Shown here: positions 1 to 7,314 of the stretch, in pieces
Layout: every line of letters starts with the position of its first letter
Numbering within the stretch: the first letter of the stretch is position 1
NCBI GenBank assembly: GCA_043750125.1
Contig: JAYVCD010000138.1
Coordinates: 1-31,383 of the forward strand
Length of the DNA stretch: 31,383 bases
Reading direction: 5' to 3'
From: Archangiaceae bacterium
GTDB lineage: Bacteria > Myxococcota > Myxococcia > Myxococcales > Myxococcaceae
Program-made: the position numbers and the translations under genes
The notes under the pieces: generated by a model
What the model saw: the letters and a program-made list of their open reading frames with translations, nothing else
Databases searched by the model: none
Told to the model about the DNA's origin: nothing

Positions 1-460
<460 letters not shown>

Positions 461-488
461 GGGTTTTCAAAGCCTCGTGAGTGTGTCG

Positions 489-515
489 TTGGCACTCTCG
501 CGTTGAGAGTGCCAA
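489..515. promoter_or_regulatory. CIRCE operator 1 (HrcA site)
   Basis: TTGGCACTC-N9-GAGTGCCAA, a perfect inverted repeat. Consensus is TTAGCACTC-N9-GAGTGCTAA. Lies in the groES leader. Confidence 0.93.
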
Positions 516-531
516 CGGGGTGGCGGGCTTG

Positions 532-559
532 GATATAACCATCGCCCCGCGTGGGTCAA
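532..559 (-). promoter_or_regulatory. Putative sigma70-type groESL promoter
   Basis: Minus strand TTGACC-N16-TATATC, just upstream of CIRCE 1. Confidence 0.55.
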
Positions 560-568
560 GGGACTCCA

Positions 569-596
569 TTGGCACTCACCCCCCCTCGAATGCCAG
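569..596. promoter_or_regulatory. Degenerate CIRCE-like element 2
   Basis: TTGGCACTC-N10-GAATGCCAG. The spacer is 10 nt rather than 9 and contains a C7 run. Confidence 0.5.
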
Positions 597-614
597 GCCT
601 CGCCGACCCGCACT

Positions 615-641
615 CTGGCGCTCTGCCCTGACGACTGCCAG
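615..641. promoter_or_regulatory. Degenerate CIRCE-like element 3
   Basis: CTGGCGCTC-N9-GACTGCCAG, with correct 9-nt spacing. Confidence 0.65.
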
Positions 642-642
642 C

Positions 643-671
643 TTAAGGGCCAGCAACTACAGGGCTAATTT
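643..671 (+). promoter_or_regulatory. Possible promoter of the divergent cluster
   Basis: TTAAGG-N17-TAATTT, abutting CIRCE-like element 3. Confidence 0.35.
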
Positions 672-717
672 TAGGAGGCCAGAGAGATGCCCCGTTACAC
701 TCGCAACAGGAGGCTCC

Positions 718-1308
718 ATGAGCAACCTCGTCGTGGGCAGCACGCTGAAAGAATTTTTCCGGATGTTGGTGGGTGAAGTGGTGAGCCGGCAGAAGGTGAG
801 CCTGGCTGAAGTGACCGAATTCTACGTGGTGAATCTGCTGTCCGAGTTCGCGGCTGCCGAAAAACTCTTCACCCAGGTCGAGGGGGGGCGGGTCGATACC
901 GAGCCGCTGGCGCTGCTCTACCACCGCGCGATGCAGCAAGACCGCGACGCGCGGATCAAGACCCTGAGGCAGTTGGGCGACGTCTCGCTCTACACCGCCG
1001 GGTTCTTTTCCGATTCGCTGCGCGATCGCGTCGTGGGACCGGACTACTACATTCAGATGGGCGGCAGCGCCTACGCGGCCATCGCTCAGATGTCGCAGGC
1101 GTCGAGCTTCTCGAGCGTCTATTGGGAGCTGCATCAGAAGTTCCGCACCGTGGTCGAGGTGCTCGAAGAGATCGCCGCCCGTGGAATGGCAGCCCAGGGG
1201 CCGGGGGGGCAGGTGAAGGTGCTCGAGTCGTACACCCGCAGTGGCAATGAACGGCTGGGGCAGGTGCTGCTCGAAGCCGGGGTGATGCCCAAGGGTCCTT
1301 TGAACTAA
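718..1308 (+). CDS. Conserved hypothetical protein, predicted helical (196 aa)
   Basis: ATG at 718 is preceded by AGGAGG and preferred over the ORF-track start at 481. Motifs LGDVSLYTAGFF and YYIQMGGSAY; coding-like GC3. Confidence 0.85.
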   Translation: MSNLVVGSTLKEFFRMLVGEVVSRQKVSLAEVTEFYVVNLLSEFAAAEKLFTQVEGGRVDTEPLALLYHRAMQQDRDARIKTLRQLGDVSLYTAGFFSDSLRDRVVGPDYYIQMGGSAYAAIAQMSQASSFSSVYWELHQKFRTVVEVLEEIAARGMAAQGPGGQVKVLESYTRSGNERLGQVLLEAGVMPKGPLN

Positions 1309-1312
1309 ACCC

Positions 1313-1915
1313 ATGCTCCCGGCGCGCATCCAAACGCACCTCGAGGCCATCTACGGCATCCGCTGCGAGCTGAGGGTCACCGACTGCCTGCTCGACGCGC
1401 AGCAGGCCCGGGCGTTGGGAGGCACGATGCGTTCTCGCGAAGAGCTGCTGGTGCGCGAAGACGACGGCCAAATCGAGGTGGGCCTGTTCCTCGCGCCTGA
1501 GCTGCTGCACCGCGCGGACGATCTGGGTTCGTTCTGCGAAGCGGCCGAGGGCGTCTCGCACTTCTTGTATCTGCACCGCGCTGCGAGCCTCGATCGTCGC
1601 GTGTCCCTGCTCGAGCTGGAAGCCCAGGCCGAGGTCGACAAGTTCGCGATCTGCGCTCTGGGTTCCTGGGCCGAGGACGCCGAAGGCCAGCGGGCCCGCG
1701 AGCTGTTCGGTCGGATCTTCGATGATGGGGTGTTGCGCCGTGAGCTGACCGAGCAGGAAAACTGGCGCTACCGGCAAGCCACCCGGCTGGCTCGCGCCTA
1801 CTGCCGCCGCCTGCTCCCGATCATCACCGCTCGACGGCTCGATCGACTTTTGACCGAGCTGCGCTACGCCTACCGCCTGGGGGCCGAAGCCAAGCTGGAC
1901 TACCTGGCCCGGTAA
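1313..1915 (+). CDS. Conserved hypothetical protein, possibly zincin-like fold (200 aa)
   Basis: Starts 4 bp after the previous stop. Motifs EGVSHFLYL and LELEAQAEVDKF. Confidence 0.85.
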   Translation: MLPARIQTHLEAIYGIRCELRVTDCLLDAQQARALGGTMRSREELLVREDDGQIEVGLFLAPELLHRADDLGSFCEAAEGVSHFLYLHRAASLDRRVSLLELEAQAEVDKFAICALGSWAEDAEGQRARELFGRIFDDGVLRRELTEQENWRYRQATRLARAYCRRLLPIITARRLDRLLTELRYAYRLGAEAKLDYLAR

Positions 1916-1946
1916 TCGGTCGGCCGGGGCTGATTGGGGGGTAGGC

Positions 1947-2417
1947 TTGGCTTCGGTGGTCACCACGCGCGAGTTCTCAGCGGGAGGAGTCGTCATCCGG
2001 CCCTGCGGAACTGACCGCTCGGGCTTCGAGCTGGCGGTCATTACTCCCCGGGGCCGCGCGAGCGTCACCGCCCTTCCCAAGGGTCACCTCGACGGCGACG
2101 AAACGGCCTTGCATGCGGCCGCGCGTGAGGTGCTCGAAGAGACCGGGTTGTCGACCGAGCTGATCGAGAAGCTGGGAGACGTGAAGTACGTCTATCGGTT
2201 TCGTGGCAAGACCATCTTCAAGGTGGTGAGCTTCTTTCTGTTCCGGCACGCCAGCGGCGAGATTGACGAGATCACTCCGCAGATGCGCGTGGAAGTCGAT
2301 CGGGCCCACTGGATTCCACTCACCGACGCGGGACGAAGGCTCTCGTACCCAGGCGAGCGCGAGATGGTGGGGAAGGCTTTGGAGATTCTTTCGCAACCCA
2401 CCAAGGTCGGCCCCTAG
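1947..2417 (+). CDS. NUDIX hydrolase, Ap4A-hydrolase-like
   Basis: Intact Nudix box GHLDGDETALHAAAREVLEETGL, plus SAGGVV and LPKGH. The start may instead be GTG at 1956. Confidence 0.92.
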   Translation: MASVVTTREFSAGGVVIRPCGTDRSGFELAVITPRGRASVTALPKGHLDGDETALHAAAREVLEETGLSTELIEKLGDVKYVYRFRGKTIFKVVSFFLFRHASGEIDEITPQMRVEVDRAHWIPLTDAGRRLSYPGEREMVGKALEILSQPTKVGP

Positions 2418-2431
2418 ACTCCAAGGTCGAC

Positions 2432-4300
2432 TTGGGCGCTGCGCGATACGAAGTTCTCTCGACGCTACCCCCGGGCGCAGGCACCCGAACCCGGCTTGCG
2501 TGGCAGACCGGCGATGCGGGCTTCCGGCGGGCCGTGGTGTTGCGCGAGGTTCCAGAAGGAGCCGAGGTGGGGGTGGCCGCTCCCGCGCAGGAAGGGGTGC
2601 TGCCGCTGCTCGACCTGGTGGAGCTCGACGGCCAGAGGTGGGTGGTCTTCGAGTTCGTGCCGGGCGTGACTTTCGGGGAAGTGACCGCCGCCCATTTCTC
2701 GGTCGAGCGCCTGCCTTCGCTGGGGCTGATTGGCCGAGTCGTGGTCGATGCCTGCCGGGCGATTCACCGGGTGCATGCGTGGGCCGACCCCCTGGGGCTT
2801 CAGGGCCCGCAGAAGCATGGGGGCCTTTCCGATGCGTCGATCTTCGTCGGCTTCGATGGGCTCGCGCGGATCCTCGACCTCAACGCCCGACGGCTGGGCA
2901 GGTTCATCGCGCCCGAGCTGACCCGAGGGGACGTCTTCGATGCCCGGGCCGACGTCTTTTCGCTGGGAGCGGTGCTGCACCATGCGACCACCCGGTTTGA
3001 GAAAGGCTACGCGGTGACGGTGGCGCGCGCGCCGTCGCAGACCGAGTTCCCACCTCCGTCCGCGGTGCACCCCGAAGCGACGGTAGAGCTCGATTCGGTG
3101 GTGATGCGGGCGTTGATGCCCTCGCCCAGCAGCCGCTTCGCCAGCGCGCTGGAATTGGCCGAAGAGCTCGAGCAGGCTATTGGGCCGGCAATCTTTACCC
3201 ACGAACAGGTGAACACGGTGCTGACGCCGCTGTTTGGCGATCGAATGGCGGCGCTGAAGGACCTCGTTGATCCGAAGAGGCGTCCTTTGCCGCCTCGCAG
3301 CTCGGCACCGCGGCCTGCGGCCCGAAAGCCGGGCAATGCGCTCGATGAGATTTCCGCCTACGACGTGAAGCTCGACGGCGAGATGGGCGCCGAGATTGAA
3401 GACATTCCAACCCAGGCGAACATCAGCATTCCCCGGGGAGCCAGCCGGCCCAGTGCCCCGGTTCCTGATTTTGATCCCCACGCCACCGGCCCGGGAAAGG
3501 CTCAGCCCCGGCCGGACTTCGACCCCCACGCGACGACCCCGCGCCGCGCGCTGTCTGAAGCGGCTGCCAGACACAGCGGAGCCGAGCTTCGGCAGGGCTC
3601 GAGGCCTTCGCGGCCTTCGGCTCCGAGCCGCAAAGACCAGACCGAAGAAGACCGAGCCCGTGCCCAGGGTCAGGAAAAGATCAGCACCGCCGATCTCGAT
3701 CCCGACCAGATCAGTCACGAGCTCAAGGCACTTCAGGGCGTCTTTGATGAAGACGAGCCTCTGGGCCAATTGGGTGACCAGCCGACAAACATCAAACCCC
3801 GCGCCAGCCACCCCTCGATGGCCGCCCTGCAGACCACCCCCCGGGCGCCCGTCGTGGATGCGCCCCTCTATGAAGATCCAAAAAAGAGGGAAGCCACACT
3901 CGATGTCGATCGGGCCGACTCTCCGCCCGCCGGGGTTCCGCGCGGAAGTCGTACGGCGAAAGCATTCATTGGCCTGTTGCTGTTGGTGGCGGTCGCGGCA
4001 GCCGGGGCGAATGTGGTGCGGCCTGACTTGAAAGGACAAATCTGGGCCCAGCTGCAGCCGTTGCTGTCGCGGGTGACCTCGGGCTCCGTCGACGAGCCCG
4101 GCATCGGGGAAGACGGAGGGGTGGGCTCTTCAGGGGCAGGGGCCACGACCGACGGCGGCGAATTCGAAGACGAGGGCGACGGAGGCGAAGAAGAAGATCT
4201 CGCCGTCCTCGGTGGGGCCGATGGAAAAGGGGGCGATGCGGGTGTCGGAAAGCACCCGGGACCCGCTCACAAGAAGAAGAAAAAAAGCCGGGTGCGCTAG
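2432..4300 (+). CDS. Membrane-anchored Ser/Thr kinase-like protein (probable pseudokinase)
   Basis: Hanks-type C-lobe motifs FIAPE, DARADVFSLGAVL and RF.SA.EL; GFRRAVV N-lobe; Pro/Asp-rich linker; TM segment AFIGLLLLVAVAAAGA. Catalytic motifs are degenerate. Confidence 0.85.
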   Translation: MGAARYEVLSTLPPGAGTRTRLAWQTGDAGFRRAVVLREVPEGAEVGVAAPAQEGVLPLLDLVELDGQRWVVFEFVPGVTFGEVTAAHFSVERLPSLGLIGRVVVDACRAIHRVHAWADPLGLQGPQKHGGLSDASIFVGFDGLARILDLNARRLGRFIAPELTRGDVFDARADVFSLGAVLHHATTRFEKGYAVTVARAPSQTEFPPPSAVHPEATVELDSVVMRALMPSPSSRFASALELAEELEQAIGPAIFTHEQVNTVLTPLFGDRMAALKDLVDPKRRPLPPRSSAPRPAARKPGNALDEISAYDVKLDGEMGAEIEDIPTQANISIPRGASRPSAPVPDFDPHATGPGKAQPRPDFDPHATTPRRALSEAAARHSGAELRQGSRPSRPSAPSRKDQTEEDRARAQGQEKISTADLDPDQISHELKALQGVFDEDEPLGQLGDQPTNIKPRASHPSMAALQTTPRAPVVDAPLYEDPKKREATLDVDRADSPPAGVPRGSRTAKAFIGLLLLVAVAAAGANVVRPDLKGQIWAQLQPLLSRVTSGSVDEPGIGEDGGVGSSGAGATTDGGEFEDEGDGGEEEDLAVLGGADGKGGDAGVGKHPGPAHKKKKKSRVR

Positions 4301-4303
4301 CTC

Positions 4304-5653
4304 TCAGTGCTTCACGGCGGCGTCGGTAATTTCCAGGCACTTGTCCATGATCGACAAGCCCTCGAGCAACTGTTCCTGGGTGATGGTCAGGGGCGGGTTG
4401 ACGAAGAAATTGTTCCATCGGACGAAGGTGTAGATCCCGTTGTCCAGGAACGCCTTGCGCAGGTCGTTCATCACTCCCATCTGATCGTGGCGAGCGTTGA
4501 AGGGTGCCATCGGTTCGCGGGTCTTCCGGTCTTTGACGAGCTCGACGATCGAGAACAGCCCGATCGATCGCACGTCGCCTACCGAAGGGTGGCGGGCTTT
4601 CATCTTCTGCAGCTCGGTCGCGAGGATCTTGCCCAGCTTGGCCGAGTTCTCGACCAGCTTGTCCTCTTCGTAGACCTGGATGCACGCGATCGCAGCGGCC
4701 AGGCACATCGGGTGCGAGTTGTAGGTCAGCCCACCGTAGAAGACGTTCTTCTCGAAGTGCTCGGCGACTTTGTCGCGCATCAGGACCGCGCCCAGCGGCA
4801 TGTACGCGCTGGTCAGCCCCTTGGCGATCGTCATCATGTCGGGGACCACGTCCCAGTGATTGGTGGCGAACATCTTTCCGGTGCGACCGAAGCCGGCCAT
4901 CACCTCGTCGAGGATCAACATGATCCCGTGCTTGTCGCAGAGCGCCCGCAGGCCCTGAAGGTAACCGTCGGGCGGAATGATGATTCCGTTGGTGCCGGTG
5001 ACGGTCTCCATCAAGATCGCAGCAATGTTCTGCGGGCCTTCGAAGTCGACGACTTCTTCGACGTGACGCAGGCAAGACAAGGTGCAGGCGGGCTTGTCGG
5101 AACAAAAGCCGCACCGGTACTGGTACGGGTCGAGAACGCGACAGACGCCGGGAATTCCAGGCTCAGCCGCAAACCGTCGAGGGTCGCCGGTGAGGGTCGC
5201 CGCGCCGGCGGTGCCGCCGTGGTAGCTGCGGTAGCGGACGATGATCTTGTTTCGCCCGGTCACCATGCGCGCGATCTTGATCGCGTTCTCGTTCGCTTCC
5301 GCGCCGCCGAGGGTGAAGAAGGCCTTGTTCAAGTCGCCCGGAGCGATCTGCGCCAGCTTCTGACCCAACACCGCGCGGACGTCAGTGGCCATGTACGGGT
5401 TGGCGTAGACGAGGCGATCGGCCTGTTCCTTGATCGCGTTGATCACCCTCTTGTTGCCGTGACCAATGTTGACGCACATCAACTGGCTGTTGAAGTCGAA
5501 GTACCGCTTGCCGTTCGCATCCCAGAAAAAGATGCCTTCGGCGCGGGTCATCGGAATCGGGGCAACCGCAGCCTGCGCAGACCACTCGAAGATTGAATGC
5601 TTCTTCGAAAGGCGGACGATCTCCTCCGCCGAAAGCGAAAGTCCTTCGAACAT
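4304..5653 (-). CDS. Class-III PLP aminotransferase (taurine/beta-alanine omega-transaminase-like)
   Basis: GAEANENAIK, RSYHG, DEVMAGFGRTG, PLP lysine in AKGLTSAYMPLG; GGAGGAG RBS. Confidence 0.93.
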   Translation of the reverse strand: MFEGLSLSAEEIVRLSKKHSIFEWSAQAAVAPIPMTRAEGIFFWDANGKRYFDFNSQLMCVNIGHGNKRVINAIKEQADRLVYANPYMATDVRAVLGQKLAQIAPGDLNKAFFTLGGAEANENAIKIARMVTGRNKIIVRYRSYHGGTAGAATLTGDPRRFAAEPGIPGVCRVLDPYQYRCGFCSDKPACTLSCLRHVEEVVDFEGPQNIAAILMETVTGTNGIIIPPDGYLQGLRALCDKHGIMLILDEVMAGFGRTGKMFATNHWDVVPDMMTIAKGLTSAYMPLGAVLMRDKVAEHFEKNVFYGGLTYNSHPMCLAAAIACIQVYEEDKLVENSAKLGKILATELQKMKARHPSVGDVRSIGLFSIVELVKDRKTREPMAPFNARHDQMGVMNDLRKAFLDNGIYTFVRWNNFFVNPPLTITQEQLLEGLSIMDKCLEITDAAVKH

Positions 5654-5694
5654 CGGCTCCTCCAGGGAGATCCTGCGGTTCGGCGGGGGAGTCG

Positions 5695-5937
5695 TTATTC
5701 CGGCTTGGGAAGCGGCTCGCCGTACTTGCCGAGCAGCGTCTCGCGGACATCGCGATCGAAACGCACTTTACCGGTCGCAATCTCACGCAGCGAGAGAACG
5801 GGCGGCTTGTTCTTGCTGACCTCGAGGATGGGGCGGGCGCCGGCCATCAGCTGACGCGCGCGCTTGGCGGCGAGCAGCACGAGGGCAAAGCGGTTGTCTA
5901 CCATCGGAAGGCAGTCTTCAACTGTTACGCGGGCCAT
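5695..5937 (-). CDS. rpoZ: RNA polymerase omega subunit
   Basis: [10 protein letters not shown]...[16 protein letters not shown]...[11 protein letters not shown]. Confidence 0.97.
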   Translation of the reverse strand: MARVTVEDCLPMVDNRFALVLLAAKRARQLMAGARPILEVSKNKPPVLSLREIATGKVRFDRDVRETLLGKYGEPLPKPE

Positions 5938-5979
5938 GGATACACCTTGAGCGAAGGGCTACTTGAAATGACGCAGGGG

Positions 5980-6008
5980 TAATTAGGAGGTGAGGCCCCG
6001 TCCGTCAA
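5980..6008 (-). promoter_or_regulatory. Putative sigma70-type rpoZ promoter
   Basis: Minus strand TTGACG-N17-TAATTA, 42 nt upstream of the rpoZ ATG. Confidence 0.65.
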
Positions 6009-6017
6009 GAGATCGCC

Positions 6018-6059
6018 AAAAAGACAACAGGGCCTGGACCCGAAGAGGCCCAGACCCTG
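6018..6059 (-). terminator. Intrinsic terminator after the small peptide gene
   Basis: Minus strand CAGGGTCTGGGCCT-CTTC-GGGTCCAGGCCCTG hairpin (includes G-U pairs), followed by TTGTCTTTTT. Confidence 0.8.
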
Positions 6060-6085
6060 GTTCAGTATTCGAAGGTGAAACTCAA

Positions 6086-6244
6086 TTACATCGCGGTGCC
6101 GGCATCGGCCTTCGCAGCGTCCTTGTCCGCCTTCTTGTGATCCTTGTGCGCCGACTTGTCGGCCGGCTTGGGATCCGCCGGGGGGGCCGCAGCGACCACG
6201 TTGAAGGCAAAGACGGCGATGGCGAGAGCGAGGATCTTCTTCAT
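6086..6244 (-). CDS. Small secreted low-complexity protein (52 aa)
   Basis: MKKILALAIAVFAFNVVAA signal peptide followed by a K/D/A-rich mature part. AGGAG RBS before ATG 6244; own terminator. Confidence 0.8.
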   Translation of the reverse strand: MKKILALAIAVFAFNVVAAAPPADPKPADKSAHKDHKKADKDAAKADAGTAM

Positions 6245-6305
6245 GGTGTAGCTCCTAAAGAGCGAAGTTTTGAGAACCGCGGAAATCGCGGCGCTCAACG
6301 GCATC

Positions 6306-6320
6306 GCAGCCCTTGTGCCA
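6306..6320 (-). promoter_or_regulatory. Putative sigma54 (-24/-12) promoter
   Basis: Minus strand TGGCACAAGGGCTGC gives GG-N10-GC with the TGGCAC core, 61 nt upstream of ATG 6244. Confidence 0.65.
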
Positions 6321-6417
6321 CGCCCATCGTGCCTGAATTGCTCTGGCCTTCTTCAACGACCGGGGACGAGATCCCCAGCTTGCTGAGCCGGGTGTGGCCG
6401 TCGTCCCCACCCGCGGG

Positions 6418-7314
6418 CTACGTCAACAACCGCTGCAGGGCGATGCGCGTTTCGGAAGGAAGGGTGTCGCCGACCAAATCCAGAGCGCGCGAAGAGAGCA
6501 GCTTGTACAGGCTCGCCAGCGAAGGAGGGAGCGCTTCGAGGTGGGTGCGAACCACTGAGAGATCTCCTCGCGCGATGGGGCCGGTGAGCCCCTTTTGAAG
6601 GCCTCGCTTGTTGACCCCCTCGAGCGCGGAAGCAGCCAGCGGCAGCAGCGCATTGAGGGCCGCGGTCCGGTCGACCCCCGCCTCGCCGAACGCCGCAACG
6701 GCAGCGTCGAGCAAAGACACCAACAGACCGGACGTCATCACCGCTCCCGCGTGGTACGCGGCGCGCCGCCCTTCAGCGACCTCGATCGGGCGCATTCGCA
6801 GCGCCAGCGCCATTCTCCAGAGCACAGGCATCAACGCCCGATCGCTGGCCGCGACCGCGACCGAATGATCGGCGAGGGGATCGCGCGCGTCGGAAATCGC
6901 CACCAGCGGGTGAAAAGATCCCCGAAGCCGCTTGAGCATCGCGGCCGAAGAGCCAAAGGAATCGAGGTCGAGTGCGCCCGCGCAGTGAACCAGGGCGGTC
7001 TGGGCCGACAAGTCGTCGACCAACCCCTGTGCGGTCGAGGCCACCGCCGCGTCCGGCACTGCGAGCACGCACAGAGCCGCCGCGCTCAAGTCTTCGTGGT
7101 CGGCAAGCTTCAGCCCCAGCCCGGCCGCGCGCCGCACCGACTCGCTGGAACGCGGGAGCACCGAGACGGGCCACCCGGCTGCCTTCAGCCGCAGCGCGAG
7201 CGCTCCGCCCAGGCGACCAAACCCCACGATCACCACTCGGGGCTTGGGGGCGTTGGCGCGCGTCTGCCACCGCGCGGCCCTCGGCTTCTTCTCGATCTTC
7301 GCCCGCCGCCTCAC
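6418..7314 (-). CDS. Rossmann-like / DUF2520 domain oxidoreductase (PanG-like ketopantoate reductase family)
   Basis: GFGRLGGAL dinucleotide-binding motif, LAVPD, HCAGA, SFHPL, YHAGAV, LTGPIARGD. GTGA overlap with the Clp gene. Confidence 0.88.
   Translation of the reverse strand: MRRRAKIEKKPRAARWQTRANAPKPRVVIVGFGRLGGALALRLKAAGWPVSVLPRSSESVRRAAGLGLKLADHEDLSAAALCVLAVPDAAVASTAQGLVDDLSAQTALVHCAGALDLDSFGSSAAMLKRLRGSFHPLVAISDARDPLADHSVAVAASDRALMPVLWRMALALRMRPIEVAEGRRAAYHAGAVMTSGLLVSLLDAAVAAFGEAGVDRTAALNALLPLAASALEGVNKRGLQKGLTGPIARGDLSVVRTHLEALPPSLASLYKLLSSRALDLVGDTLPSETRIALQRLLT

Noticed and set aside
2401..2429. 9-bp direct repeat CCAAGGTCG at the NUDIX/pseudokinase junction
   Set aside because: Two short copies, one inside coding sequence; compatible with chance.
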